The notes under the pieces are model-generated. The model worked only from the letters and a program-made list of their open reading frames with translations. It searched no databases and had not been told where the DNA came from. Shown here piece after piece: positions 11,299 through 21,930 of a DNA stretch of 64,000 nucleotides. This stretch comes from Andalucia godoyi And28 (Eukaryota; Protista; Jakobida), in assembly GCA_009859145.1 (NCBI GenBank), contig VRVR01000003.1, positions 195,315 through 259,314 on the forward strand, written 5' to 3'. A program made the translations under genes and the position numbers. Numbering within the stretch: the stretch's first letter is position 1; each line of letters starts with the position of its first letter.

Positions 11299-11501
11299 TT
11301 TTTTTTCTCCCTTTCTCTTCCTCCTTCAACCTTATCTCTCCGGCTTCTCTTCCTGTTCATGATCTTGTCTCCTTCTATGACGCCGCCTGATTTCCTTCTC
11401 GCTGTTGGCTTATTCGTGCGCATCGAACGGGCGGGAAGGGCGAGAAATTGATGCTTGAGCCTAGACCTCTCAAATTCCCTTTCTGTTTCAAGAAGCCTGT
11501 G

Positions 11502-11536
11502 TGAACTGAACTGAACTGAACTGAACTGAACTGAAC
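11502..11536. repeat. (TGAAC)7 pentanucleotide microsatellite
   Basis: Read directly, intergenic between DHPS and the next ORF. Confidence 0.9.
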
Positions 11537-11679
11537 AAAGCTGGACGGGAGCTGGACACCGTTTCTCGCTGTGTGCGACACTGGCAGACGCAGACGGAGA
11601 CGAAGGTGGAGGTGGGGGGAAGATAAAAACGGAAAAAAAGAGAGGATAGACAGAGGTGAAAGAGGTTGAGAATCGGGCG

Positions 11680-12651
11680 ATGAATCGACTGACAAAACAT
11701 GCAATGCAAGCTTGGAAATTTGCAGATAGAGTATCATTAATGCTACGAATGCACTTGCCAGCGCCGCAGCTGTTCTTCTCGGATTATCACCGGTGCTGTT
11801 GCCGATGGGGAACCGTGGCTTGCCGGCCTTTCTCAACCTGGATTCCCCCGCCACAGGTGCCACAGGTTCCGCAGGTGCCCCAATCGACGGAGCATGTGGT
11901 GAGCACGATGCGGACGCTCCTTCAGCAACGCAAGTATAGATCTGCGTATCGAGTATACGAACGCCACCTGCCGATTCTTCTCGCGACGCCCACTCTGCCG
12001 CCGTCGCCGACACACCCCAGCACGTGGTCCCATTACGCAAATGAGGTGCGTGATGCTCACACCCTTGGAATCTGGGTGCTCGCGAACATCAGTCTCGATG
12101 CGTCGCAGCCACAGGAGGCCCAAGTTGCCCAGGCCCATGCGCTTCTCGTACGCATTACAGACCCTGGCCCTAACCCTAACTTTAATCCCAGTAGCCCTGA
12201 CAACCCCGACAGCCCTAGCAGCCCTAGCGCAGACTACAACCCCATCCCTGACGCAAACACTCGTCCGTGCATGCAGCCGCGGTCGGTGATGACGTATGCA
12301 GCGTTCCTAACGGGGGCGGCATCGCTGGGTATGGCGAATCTTGTGGCAGACACCCTGCAGCGCATGGAGAGCGACCCAATCATCGGGACGGGCAGCGATG
12401 GCCGGCGATCACGACTCATCGTTGAAATTGTCGTTCGCATGCACCTGGCTCTCGGGGACTTTGAGGCCGCGTGGGCCGAGTGCAGCGCTGCCGCCGCAAC
12501 ATTTGAGACGAGGACGCAGCACCTGGTTTCGGAAGTGCTGCGCGCCGTCGTAGAGGCTCTTCGTGACCCTGCTCGATCGCCAGACCAACGACAGCGACTC
12601 CAGACACTCCTTGAGACTATCGCCAAGTCTCAACAATCATCGGAGAATTGA
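11680..12651 (+). CDS. Hypothetical helical-repeat protein, PPR-like, possibly mitochondrial
   Basis: Long ORF. SVMTYAAFLTGAASLGMANLVADTLQRME and LIVEIVVRMHLALGDFEAAWAEC resemble PPR units. The N-terminus is basic with an RPFST motif. Start codon uncertain. Confidence 0.5.
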   Translation: MNRLTKHAMQAWKFADRVSLMLRMHLPAPQLFFSDYHRCCCRWGTVACRPFSTWIPPPQVPQVPQVPQSTEHVVSTMRTLLQQRKYRSAYRVYERHLPILLATPTLPPSPTHPSTWSHYANEVRDAHTLGIWVLANISLDASQPQEAQVAQAHALLVRITDPGPNPNFNPSSPDNPDSPSSPSADYNPIPDANTRPCMQPRSVMTYAAFLTGAASLGMANLVADTLQRMESDPIIGTGSDGRRSRLIVEIVVRMHLALGDFEAAWAECSAAAATFETRTQHLVSEVLRAVVEALRDPARSPDQRQRLQTLLETIAKSQQSSEN

Positions 12652-12908
12652 GCTTTTTTCTTTTTTTGCAAAATTCCCGACAACGTCTTTGAAAATTAAA
12701 AAAACCGTCGTTGCTTCGTTTCCATCTTTTGCGACACAGAAAAAATCCACATAGGAAAAATAATAATAATTTTAAGCAAAATAAATTCTTTTAATCAAAT
12801 ACAGAAAGGAAGAGAGGAAGAGAGAAAAAGAAGAGATAGTAGAACTAGGGTTTTTCTTTGGGAAGAAGTGGTAAGAAACGAAAACGCATACAACATAGAC
12901 GGCGAATC

Positions 12909-13574
12909 ATGGCGGCGAGTTGGGCTACATACGCCGAGTTTATTCGGAAGGATGCAGTTCCGGCGGTGCAAGACGACCGCCAACACTCTCGCCAGCGAGC
13001 GGATAGTGGATCGTCGACGGTGAGCAAGGCGGAGTACGAGTCGTTTGTGCGTACGCGGCGTCGGGAGTACACGGATCCTCGATATACTGGAAATCGAGAA
13101 TGTCCTACATATGCAAACTCGACACTGATGCGATCGGACCACATTTCATTCACACACAATGCAGACAAGGAACGGCGCACCCTGTCTGTGGGGAAATCGC
13201 GGTTCTCCTCGAATGTAACGACGGAGAGCTGGGCGCCAAAGTCGTCGGCTCTGCAGAGTAACAAGGCGGTCGCGATCTATGACCCTGTCCTCGATTGCGA
13301 AAAGATCATTACCATCAAGGACGGTCAGCCGATGACGTCCACCCGCAGCAATCTGCCAGTCTCGTTTGGATCCACAACTGCTGGAAAAGCAAAGACGTGC
13401 GATGATGTCGAATCCGCTCTCCAGAGCCGAGTGACTTTCAACAGGAGAAAAGGCGTGGCGGAAATCAATGATCTCAGCTCGCCGTTTGCGCTGCGAACAA
13501 CGATCCAGCATAAAGTCGCAATGGAGTCGAGCCCAAAGGCTTTCTTTCGCAAAAAGACGAACCTTGGGACATGA
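12909..13574 (+). CDS. Hypothetical protein
   Basis: ORF from ATG 12909 fills the space between AT-rich spacers; no family recognised. Confidence 0.6.
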   Translation: MAASWATYAEFIRKDAVPAVQDDRQHSRQRADSGSSTVSKAEYESFVRTRRREYTDPRYTGNRECPTYANSTLMRSDHISFTHNADKERRTLSVGKSRFSSNVTTESWAPKSSALQSNKAVAIYDPVLDCEKIITIKDGQPMTSTRSNLPVSFGSTTAGKAKTCDDVESALQSRVTFNRRKGVAEINDLSSPFALRTTIQHKVAMESSPKAFFRKKTNLGT

Positions 13575-13672
13575 CCTCCGATGTGCTCCCTCCGCTTGTG
13601 ATCGTGGAAGATGGGCAGATTTAATGAAGGATGAAATGGTGTCAGGAAGGCTTCGTCATATTTCGCCGTACT

Positions 13673-13709
<37 letters not shown>

Positions 13710-13712
13710 CGC
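13673..13712. repeat. Compound (TC)n-(GC)n microsatellite
   Basis: About 11 TC units directly followed by about 9 GC units. Confidence 0.85.
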
Positions 13713-13824
13713 TCACTCCCTCGCCCGCCCGCTTGATCTGCTGCTGCCGGTAATTACTTTATTATTGTATTAAAAAAATCTTTCAAATATTCAACATAAC
13801 AATGGAAGAATGGACGCGGGCGAG

Positions 13825-15324
13825 TTACACTTCAATGACGTGCAACAGATTGGTGTAGCCTGGCTTCTGAAGTGGCGTTCCGGTGCACAGGACGATGAGA
13901 TCCCCTTCACGGGCGACCCCGGCGTCTCTCGCAGCAGCGGCAGACGCCTTGGACACGGTGGACAATTTGCTGAGATTGCGGTTGTTGGCATCAAACGGCA
14001 CTCCCTTGAACTGGACCGGGATGACACCCCAGGAAATGGAAAGCCTTCGATTCGCTTTTTCATAAGGAGATAGCGAGACGATGGGCGCAAGAGGCCGATG
14101 GGCAGCGACATACCTTGCAGTATTTCCCGAGATGGTCCAAGTGACAATGCCGGCTGCGTCAACGGACTTTTGGGCAAGGTAGCAGAGCCTGGCAATCGTT
14201 GCATCGACCTTGGACGACTTCACAACTTCTTTGGGAAGATCGATTTCCTGTCGTTTCCACGCAAGTTCCGCACGCTTGGCGATGGAAGTCATGGTTGCTA
14301 CGCACTCGACAGGGAACTTTCCAATTGCAGACTCTCCGGACAGCATAACTGCATCTGTTCCATCAAACACTGCATTGGCAACGTCTGTTGACTCGGCACG
14401 TGTGGGCTGTGAATTCTGCATCATGCTCTCCAACATTTGCGTAGCTGTGATGACGGGAACTGCCATCTGACGACACTTTAGAATGATTCGTTTTTGGAGA
14501 ACGGCAATGTCCTCGAATGACATTTCAATCGCAAGATCGCCTCGTGCAACCATCACTCCGAATGCCTCCTGAATAATCGAATCAATGTCCTGCACCGCCC
14601 CCTTGTTCTCGATCTTTGCAATGACTGGGATCGACGTGAGCGATTTCAGCAAGCGAACGTCGTTGGCGGACTGGACAAACGACTGCGCAAGAAAATCCAG
14701 CCCGTGCTCTTCTGCCCATCGAATATCCTCCTTGTCCTTCTCCGTAATGGACGGTATCGACAGCGTCACTCCTGGAACATTGATTCCACGCCGAGAACTC
14801 AAAAACCCCTCGCGGGTCACAACACATTCGATGCATCCTGTTGCAGTACTCGTGTTTTCCACAACCATCTTGATGACTCCATCGTCAATCAGGATAACAT
14901 CTCCTTTGCGAATGTCCTTGTACAGCTCGGGATATGAGATGGAGACAGACGTTTCTGTTCCGGGAGCAGTCTGATTGGGATCCAGACGCATTTTGGATCC
15001 TTTTGTCAGCAGGATCTTGCCGCCTGCAATGTCCCCTACACGGATTCTTGGACCACGAAGATCCCCAAGCAGCGCTATAGGGACATCCAGCTCCTCCGAT
15101 GCAGACCGCACATTCTCCACAAGTCGAGACAGAAACGCCCGGTCGCCATGCGAAAAGTTGAGGCGTGCACAGTCCATTCCCGCTCGGATCATCTCCAGTA
15201 ACGTGGCTCGCTCCGAAGACGCAGGACCTAATGTCGCCACAATCTTGGTCATCGTGAAGTTCACAGGAGGACCATTCGCACGCGACGCAAACCGAACAAG
15301 CGTCCGCACGAGCTGAGAATACAT
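13825..15324 (-). CDS. PYK: Pyruvate kinase with an N-terminal presequence-like extension
   Basis: TKIVATLGPAS, ARLNFSHG, DLRGPRIR, IAKIEN, VMVARGDL, TATQMLESM, PTRAESTDVANAVFDGTDAVMLSGESA. Confidence 0.97.
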   Translation of the reverse strand: MYSQLVRTLVRFASRANGPPVNFTMTKIVATLGPASSERATLLEMIRAGMDCARLNFSHGDRAFLSRLVENVRSASEELDVPIALLGDLRGPRIRVGDIAGGKILLTKGSKMRLDPNQTAPGTETSVSISYPELYKDIRKGDVILIDDGVIKMVVENTSTATGCIECVVTREGFLSSRRGINVPGVTLSIPSITEKDKEDIRWAEEHGLDFLAQSFVQSANDVRLLKSLTSIPVIAKIENKGAVQDIDSIIQEAFGVMVARGDLAIEMSFEDIAVLQKRIILKCRQMAVPVITATQMLESMMQNSQPTRAESTDVANAVFDGTDAVMLSGESAIGKFPVECVATMTSIAKRAELAWKRQEIDLPKEVVKSSKVDATIARLCYLAQKSVDAAGIVTWTISGNTARYVAAHRPLAPIVSLSPYEKANRRLSISWGVIPVQFKGVPFDANNRNLSKLSTVSKASAAAARDAGVAREGDLIVLCTGTPLQKPGYTNLLHVIEV

Positions 15325-15667
15325 TCTTTATTCGAACAGTTCCTCTCTTTCTTCTTACTGATTTCCTCTTCCTTCCGTCTGTTTTTCTTTTCTTTTCTTT
15401 TCTTTTTTTCGTCTGCTGTTTTTGGGTCTTCCTTGGCTGCTGCTCGCGGATGAAAATGAAAACCTTTACAATCCCCCTCCCCTGCAAATTCGATGTACAC
15501 TTGAAAAATAGGAAAGCAAAAACAGCCAATAGAAACCAATACTCGTCAAAAAATAAAATAGCAAAAGCCCAAAAACTGATTCTGAACTCCAACTTTTGGC
15601 TGTCGGAGAAAATCGACAAACAGGAGTTTCATTTAATAATTAATATTTTTTTGTTTGTTGTCTTTCT

Positions 15668-15701
<34 letters not shown>

Positions 15702-15749
15702 AATATTAAATTTAAATCAACATTACTATTTATTAATTTTTGTTGGAAG

Positions 15750-17126
15750 ATGAAGATGTTGAAGGCTGTTTGTTGTGTAATGGTTCTTGTGTTCTGTGCG
15801 AGGGTGGTGGTTCGCGGACAGAGCGTTTCGAATGCCGGAGTGGGCGTCGTGGTGAGTCAGACGTTCGTGGATTCTGTCGTGGACCACTTTCTTCCGCTTG
15901 TTGAGAAACAGATTCAAAATCTCCCGCTGCCGGATGTTGATACGAAGCAGGATGGGTTTGAGCTCCAGTTTAACGGAATGACTCTGAGCTCAGCTGCAGT
16001 GACGTCTGCTTCGGTTGCAATCCAAGCGTCCGGAGTGCAGGTGACTGTGGCTGGGATGACTGTCCACGTTCAAGGTCAGTATGCAATTCACGAAGATGCA
16101 ATCGGCCATGTGAAAATCTGCGGCGGATCCTTTGGTGTGGATTCTGGATCAACTTCCCTGGTGGTCGTCGTTGGCATCACGTCCGATGCTTCTGGAACTC
16201 CCGTGGTAACTGCACAGTCTGTGTCGCTGAATCTTGGAAACTGGGATATCAATTTCTGCAAGGCTCTTGATGTTCTCCTAAAGCTTTTCCACTCGGTCAT
16301 CTCCGACGCAGTCAAGAAGGCTGTGGAATCTGCAGTCCCAAAGGCAATCGATAGTATCGCTGCGGCGGCTATCGCGAAGATTCCGTTTGAATACAAGATT
16401 TCCAGTGAACTTGGTCTGGATTTCCACCTGTCCCAACCTCCTGTTTTTATCCAGGGAGTGTCGATGGGTTTTCCGTCCCGTGCTCAGATCTTCGATCCGT
16501 CCACCAAGCAAGTCTCGCCATACGCACCATCCGCGATTCCAATGACGCTGGGGGCCTCGAATGACTCAATGTCGTCGTACGTTTCCTCTTCAATCTTTCA
16601 GGGCGGTGTGTGGACGTACTACCAAGCTGGCCTGCTGCAACATCAGATCCAAGGGTCGGGCTTGTTCAAGGACTTTGATGTCTCGTTTGCGGCGACTTCG
16701 TGCCCGACGTTCCAAGTCGTTGCGAATGAAGGAATTGCCGTCGTGCTTGCTGGAAATATCACGCTGCAGGATGCGCTCTTCAAGGACCTTGCAATCGATG
16801 CAGATTTTACACTGAAGACAGTCGGAGATGTACTGACAGAACAAGTGAATGGCACGCTGCGTGTGTACGCCGAGGTTCCCGAAGTTGACGTGGAGAACAT
16901 GCAGTTTGACTTGACAATCAACAAGCACACGTTTTCTGTGAGTCTCAACTTGTTGGCACCGGTCATCAACGATCTCCTAAACCAGTTCCTCCTCAAGATC
17001 TTGAATCCGCGGCTGCAGAAGGATTCCTTCCCGATTCCGAACGTCAAGTTCGCCTCCATCGAGTCCGCAAACATCAAGCCCGAGGACGGGTACTTGTATG
17101 TCGGTGGAGATGTTGTTTTCCATTGA
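15750..17126 (+). CDS. Secreted BPI/LBP/CETP-family lipid-binding protein
   Basis: Signal-peptide-like start MKMLKAVCCVMVLVFCARVVVRG, then GVGVVVSQTFVDSV..HFLPLVEKQIQNLPLPDV typical of the BPI N-terminal domain, and a C-terminal FPIP...DGYLYVGGDV. Confidence 0.75.
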   Translation: MKMLKAVCCVMVLVFCARVVVRGQSVSNAGVGVVVSQTFVDSVVDHFLPLVEKQIQNLPLPDVDTKQDGFELQFNGMTLSSAAVTSASVAIQASGVQVTVAGMTVHVQGQYAIHEDAIGHVKICGGSFGVDSGSTSLVVVVGITSDASGTPVVTAQSVSLNLGNWDINFCKALDVLLKLFHSVISDAVKKAVESAVPKAIDSIAAAAIAKIPFEYKISSELGLDFHLSQPPVFIQGVSMGFPSRAQIFDPSTKQVSPYAPSAIPMTLGASNDSMSSYVSSSIFQGGVWTYYQAGLLQHQIQGSGLFKDFDVSFAATSCPTFQVVANEGIAVVLAGNITLQDALFKDLAIDADFTLKTVGDVLTEQVNGTLRVYAEVPEVDVENMQFDLTINKHTFSVSLNLLAPVINDLLNQFLLKILNPRLQKDSFPIPNVKFASIESANIKPEDGYLYVGGDVVFH

Positions 17127-17509
17127 TCAATTGTCGCTGACATGTTCAATCGTAAGTTATTCCCTTTCGTGAATTTGGTTTTCCATTGTTGTTGCTTTTT
17201 TTCAATTTTGCTGTTGTTCGTTTTGATTTTTGGATGTTGAACAAAGTAAAACACACACACACACACTCTCTCTCTCTCTCTCAAACAAACAAACAAACAA
17301 ACAAAAACGAAACAGGAAAGTCAATAATCATCAAAAACAATGAAATAAAAAGTACTTGTACAATGAGACAACTCGGTGCGATGATCGATTCCATCTCAAC
17401 GACTCACAACCTTGCAAACGACAGAAGAAAGAAACAACCAAACAAGCAAACAAGCAAACAAGCAAACAAACAGAAAAGGAAAGGGAAAAGGAAAAGGAAA
17501 AACAAACAA

Positions 17510-19306
17510 TTACAAATATGTGACAAGCGCTTCGATCGATTGTCCAGAGGCAGAAGCGGCAGAAACGGAAACAATCCCAGCAGAATCTGCAGAAACGGAC
17601 ACATGGACCTTGAACACACCCACAGGAAGACGAGGAATGTTTGCGATGGACAGCTTGGCAAGGAGTGCCAAATTTCGAGTAGCAGGAATTGTTGACGATG
17701 TTCTCACGCCTTCATAGACTCTGAAGTCCATGGAGAGTTGGTGGTCCAAGGACGTCCCAAATTCCAAAGACTTGTCGTATGGATACGCTAGCGGAGTCTC
17801 GGACAGCGGAACAAGTTTCTTGCCCTGCACGTACTCCACAAAGACCGTGCTCAGCGAATCCTCAACGACTTCGTACTTGTTGAGATACTTGCAGTTGCAT
17901 CCCGCCGTTAATCCACAATAAGCAGCTGCTCCAAGAGAAACCAGCGACGATGTTGGAAGATTCAGATCTTCCAAGTACGAAACGGGCACTTCTGACTGGC
18001 CGAAGAACTGCTCCAGCAAGAACCGCAAGCGAGGCACACGGGATGCACCGCCAGTGACCAAAACTCGGTCAAGAACCTCCGCCGAAATGCCTTCTTCGCG
18101 CAGCAAATTTCGCAAAAGGTTTGGTAGCATCTTGAACGTTTCTGCATTTGCAGTGTTGTAGGCCAACGCGGAAATGTGAAACGTCGACGATGATTCCTTC
18201 GACGCAGACAAGGATACCACCTCAACGCCTCGAACCCGAGGAGTAGATGGGCTTCTAAGCGACTCGGCCACTGAAAACCGTCTCGACGAACCAGGCGTCA
18301 CTCCAGGAGTGTTCCTTCCAGCTACGCTAGAAGTCGGTGTCGGGCTCATCAACGGAGTCGAAGGCGTCTTCGGCGAGAGCAGAAACGCGGACTCGGGATC
18401 TTTGGCAGCTTCTGCGGCAGCAAGCATGGAAATCAGATCTCCACGGCTGGCGTTCAATGAGGAGAGGCATCTGGGAAGAGTTACTCCACGCAAAGAAGAC
18501 TTTGAAGTTAAATACGCAATCGCTCGCCGATCAAATTCATCTCCAGTGCACATTGAGTCCACGGACGACCGGATGTTCTCTACCAGTCCAGCCTCTCGTG
18601 TATACGAGATGATCGAGCACTGCAAATACTCTGCACCGACATCAACGAGCAGGTAATTTGCCTCTGCCTTGTCCACCAGCACCGAAGGATGCAAGATTGC
18701 GAGCGCAAGAAACACCGCAGAAGGTTCCGAAACAACACCGCGCACACGAAACCCAGCACTTTCCAACGCACCGATGAATCTTTTCTTTTGCGAACTCGAA
18801 AATGACAATGGAAGCGCAATGGCGACGTCATTCGCTCCAGCCTTCTCAGGAACATTCTTGAGAACGTTCGCAAGAACATCCATGGGAGTCAGTTCCTGGT
18901 TCTGCCACATAACCTTGATATCCGCTGGCCCCTTGGAGGCAGCAACAGCGAACTTTGAACTTGTCGAAGCGACCGATCTTGGGGGGGAAACGGCTTCCTG
19001 TGTCGCTTGTCCCTGCTCGCCTGGTGACTCTGGAATTGTAGATTGAGAAGCATCCGTTGCCTGCTGTGCAGTTGCATCTTGAACGAACACTGGACAGGAT
19101 AGCAGAGAGTCCCGGACAGCCTTTGATGCTGCCGCGTGGTCCTCTCCTGTTGCCGCAATCAAGCACTTTATGGAAAACGGATGCGGACCATCGGGCTCTG
19201 AGTATGGAATGCGCTCCAACAAGGCAATCGACGGATCAAATGCTGAAATGCGGATTCCTTGCGTCCCAAGATCAAGACCCAGATACTTGTGTTCGGTGGA
19301 CGGCAT
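17510..19306 (-). CDS. Divergent Hsp70-superfamily protein
   Basis: YLGLDLGT, AIALPLSF, VVSEPSA, LLVDVGAE, VLVTGGASRVPRL, and HQLSMDFRVYEG...LAKLSIANIP substrate-binding-domain remnant. Confidence 0.8.
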   Translation of the reverse strand: MPSTEHKYLGLDLGTQGIRISAFDPSIALLERIPYSEPDGPHPFSIKCLIAATGEDHAAASKAVRDSLLSCPVFVQDATAQQATDASQSTIPESPGEQGQATQEAVSPPRSVASTSSKFAVAASKGPADIKVMWQNQELTPMDVLANVLKNVPEKAGANDVAIALPLSFSSSQKKRFIGALESAGFRVRGVVSEPSAVFLALAILHPSVLVDKAEANYLLVDVGAEYLQCSIISYTREAGLVENIRSSVDSMCTGDEFDRRAIAYLTSKSSLRGVTLPRCLSSLNASRGDLISMLAAAEAAKDPESAFLLSPKTPSTPLMSPTPTSSVAGRNTPGVTPGSSRRFSVAESLRSPSTPRVRGVEVVSLSASKESSSTFHISALAYNTANAETFKMLPNLLRNLLREEGISAEVLDRVLVTGGASRVPRLRFLLEQFFGQSEVPVSYLEDLNLPTSSLVSLGAAAYCGLTAGCNCKYLNKYEVVEDSLSTVFVEYVQGKKLVPLSETPLAYPYDKSLEFGTSLDHQLSMDFRVYEGVRTSSTIPATRNLALLAKLSIANIPRLPVGVFKVHVSVSADSAGIVSVSAASASGQSIEALVTYL

Positions 19307-19657
19307 TTCTTTAACCATAACACGCACGCACGCACGCACTCACTCACTCGCAAAGAGGGGGGAAATGGATCGAGAAAGATACAGAAGAAGAACAAATTGG
19401 AATTAGATGGAAATAGAAAGAGAAGAAGGAAAACGTCTGCAAAGGGAAATCTCGGTTTCAGCCAAGCGCATCAAAATAATTTAAAATAATGCAAACACCC
19501 AATCGGGAATCTCTGCAGTGTTTTTGCACACAATTCCCGCTGACTGTACCGCGTGGCTGTGATGGGCTGTTTGACCTCCCCGTTCTGCGACTTGTTGTTG
19601 TTCACTTGGTGCGACTTGGAAAGGATATCCAGGCAGGCGGATGCACGCGGAGGCATA

Positions 19658-21820
19658 ATGCGGTCGCGTAACTGGGTCGGAGAACATGAACCGCCGTTCA
19701 AAAGGACGCGACTTTCCGACGAACCAAATCAAGCGCTCGAGCAGTCGCCGAAGAATGCTGACGACGACGACGATGATGGTGCTGGTGCTGGTGATGACGA
19801 TAATTATGGAGGTGGAAGAGGAGGAGGTGATGATGCGGATGTTGGAATGGATACAGACAGGAAACAACGTGATACTATACACGAAAATGAAGATGCTATT
19901 GGACAGGCTGTTCAGTCGCAGGATTCATTGTTTGCCTCCGATTCTGAAGAGGAAAGTCCTACCCTGAAGTCGTACCAACCCTCCCACAGATCCTCTTCTT
20001 CTTCTTCTTCTTCTTCTTCTTCTTCTTCTTCTTCTTCTTCTTCTTCTTCTGGTTCCAAGCAGCTGCAATTGCATCCCAAATCGCATCTTTCAAGAACAAC
20101 GTCTTCGTCCAACTTGGAATCGCGAGCGAAAGACCCGAACATTCTGTGGAATGCAAGCAGTGGGATTGCAGAATCGTTGCTGAAATCCAACATCACTGTC
20201 GATATTCCGTTTCGAGAAGATGTCATTCGCTGTTACATGCAATTCCATCAAAAGTTTGCAAAGTTTCGAACTCGGTTTGCAAAGGATCCGCTGTTCATCA
20301 AGAACGTGAGTCAAGCAGTGCTTTCTTCTGCAGTCGGCAAGACGCTCCAAGTGCTCTACTTGATGAAGACAAAAGTCTCCGGCGCAAGATCCAGTCCTTT
20401 TGACAAGGTCCTCCAGGATGTGCAGGCTGCGTATCCTGTCCGGCAATTAGACAAGCCTGATTTTGAGTCATGCAAGTTTGAGCAGCTGTCGGACAGCATC
20501 CGGGTGCTCGAGCATCGTCTGTCGAGGTTTTATGATTTTCTGAGTTCGTCGGACCCGGCCTTGTTTGACCCAAAACCGTTTGATCTGAGGAGTGTTTTCC
20601 CAACATCGCAAATCTCAGTAGAGGGATCGTTGCAAGCCATGCCCAGCCATCCCGATCTTTCTGCACTCGCAACCGCAATCTCGGATGCTCTGTTTCAGTT
20701 GACGAGCAGTTGTCGAATTGCTCTTAGTCGTTATGAAGATGTTGCAAAGGACAGCATGCATGTGTTTGGAGTGAAACTTGCAAATTCGTTGACGAGGATG
20801 CAAAGCTGCTTGCGTGAGATGGCATCTTCTTCCCGTCTTCTGAATGCTCTGATTTCAAAATCATCGTCTTTGCTGCTGTTTGCAGACGTTGAATCACTGG
20901 TATCTGACTTTCGATCCGCGCAAGTATCGTTTACGGTTCATACCATTGCACTCGAGAAGGAGAGTCTCCGGCAGAAATGGTTGATGAATGTGGAGGAGAT
21001 ATCTTCCTGGGCCGAGGTTATATCGGCTGCACGGGAGTGCTTGAATGTGTCCACGCAATCGTTTGCGAAATTTGCCGGATCGTCCTGCAAGAAGCAAGAA
21101 ACGGCAATTTCCAAGTTCACCGTCATGCTTACCGTCGACTTGATCACGTACAGTCAGGCGGTGCTTGCACTGATATCGAGGTTCCTGAAACCGCGGTTGG
21201 ACAACATCTCTCGAAGGATCAGTGAACTGAATGATGATGCGGAAGTTTGGGACGCTTCGACATACGACATGTCGAAGAAGAATATTGAACGGCTCGTGGA
21301 GACAAATGGGATTGACATTCAAGCAAGATGCGAATTCATTACTTCGTCATTGCTCTTGCTGTTGTGTGTCTTCTCTCCGTTCTACTCGACTGTGGAAAAA
21401 TTGGAAGGCTGGGCGAGAATTACCACAAACGTAGATGACATTGGGAGTGCGAGCACCGGCCGAACCCGCGATCATCAGAGCAAGCTGGTTGGTTTGCTGC
21501 AGTCATTCTATTCAGAACTCAATATCCTGTTGGATGCTTTCCAGAAAAAGGTCTCTTGCGAAAGCATCTCGGTTGCTGATGAAACTGCGGAACTCGGCGA
21601 CGTGCGAGGCGCTGCTCGCAACACGGTCATCGTGCCGTCGCCATTCTCGTCTCCGTCGATTGAAATCCCAACCAGGCTGTTTACGATCCTTGAAGACGTA
21701 TTTGCAGACGCGGAAGTGAGTCAAGCGCAGTTCGAGAGCATTTGCAAGGAAACGTTTTCCAGAGTTGCATCTCACATATCTGCGATTCGAGCAAACCTGT
21801 TCTCGCAAACATCATCCTAG
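19658..21820 (+). CDS. Hypothetical protein with acidic, poly-Ser N-terminus and helical C-terminal region
   Basis: Open frame of more than 700 codons bounded by AT-rich spacers. The (TCT)n run near 19992-20050 encodes poly-Ser. No family recognised. Confidence 0.7.
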   Translation: MRSRNWVGEHEPPFKRTRLSDEPNQALEQSPKNADDDDDDGAGAGDDDNYGGGRGGGDDADVGMDTDRKQRDTIHENEDAIGQAVQSQDSLFASDSEEESPTLKSYQPSHRSSSSSSSSSSSSSSSSSSSSGSKQLQLHPKSHLSRTTSSSNLESRAKDPNILWNASSGIAESLLKSNITVDIPFREDVIRCYMQFHQKFAKFRTRFAKDPLFIKNVSQAVLSSAVGKTLQVLYLMKTKVSGARSSPFDKVLQDVQAAYPVRQLDKPDFESCKFEQLSDSIRVLEHRLSRFYDFLSSSDPALFDPKPFDLRSVFPTSQISVEGSLQAMPSHPDLSALATAISDALFQLTSSCRIALSRYEDVAKDSMHVFGVKLANSLTRMQSCLREMASSSRLLNALISKSSSLLLFADVESLVSDFRSAQVSFTVHTIALEKESLRQKWLMNVEEISSWAEVISAARECLNVSTQSFAKFAGSSCKKQETAISKFTVMLTVDLITYSQAVLALISRFLKPRLDNISRRISELNDDAEVWDASTYDMSKKNIERLVETNGIDIQARCEFITSSLLLLLCVFSPFYSTVEKLEGWARITTNVDDIGSASTGRTRDHQSKLVGLLQSFYSELNILLDAFQKKVSCESISVADETAELGDVRGAARNTVIVPSPFSSPSIEIPTRLFTILEDVFADAEVSQAQFESICKETFSRVASHISAIRANLFSQTSS

Positions 21821-21930
21821 AATTTTTCCAAACCGGAAGTCACAATTTATTGTACATTTGTTTTCATTAGTAATTTAACATTATTTTTGTTTTTCCACCC
21901 CGCCCTAGATTGCGACACCACCACCGCCTC

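Noticed and set aside
11502-11536. CRISPR-like array from short tandem repeats (TGAAC, TCAGG at about 7510, AATTA at about 46740)
   Set aside because: Simple head-to-tail microsatellites without spacers, in a eukaryotic context with no cas genes.
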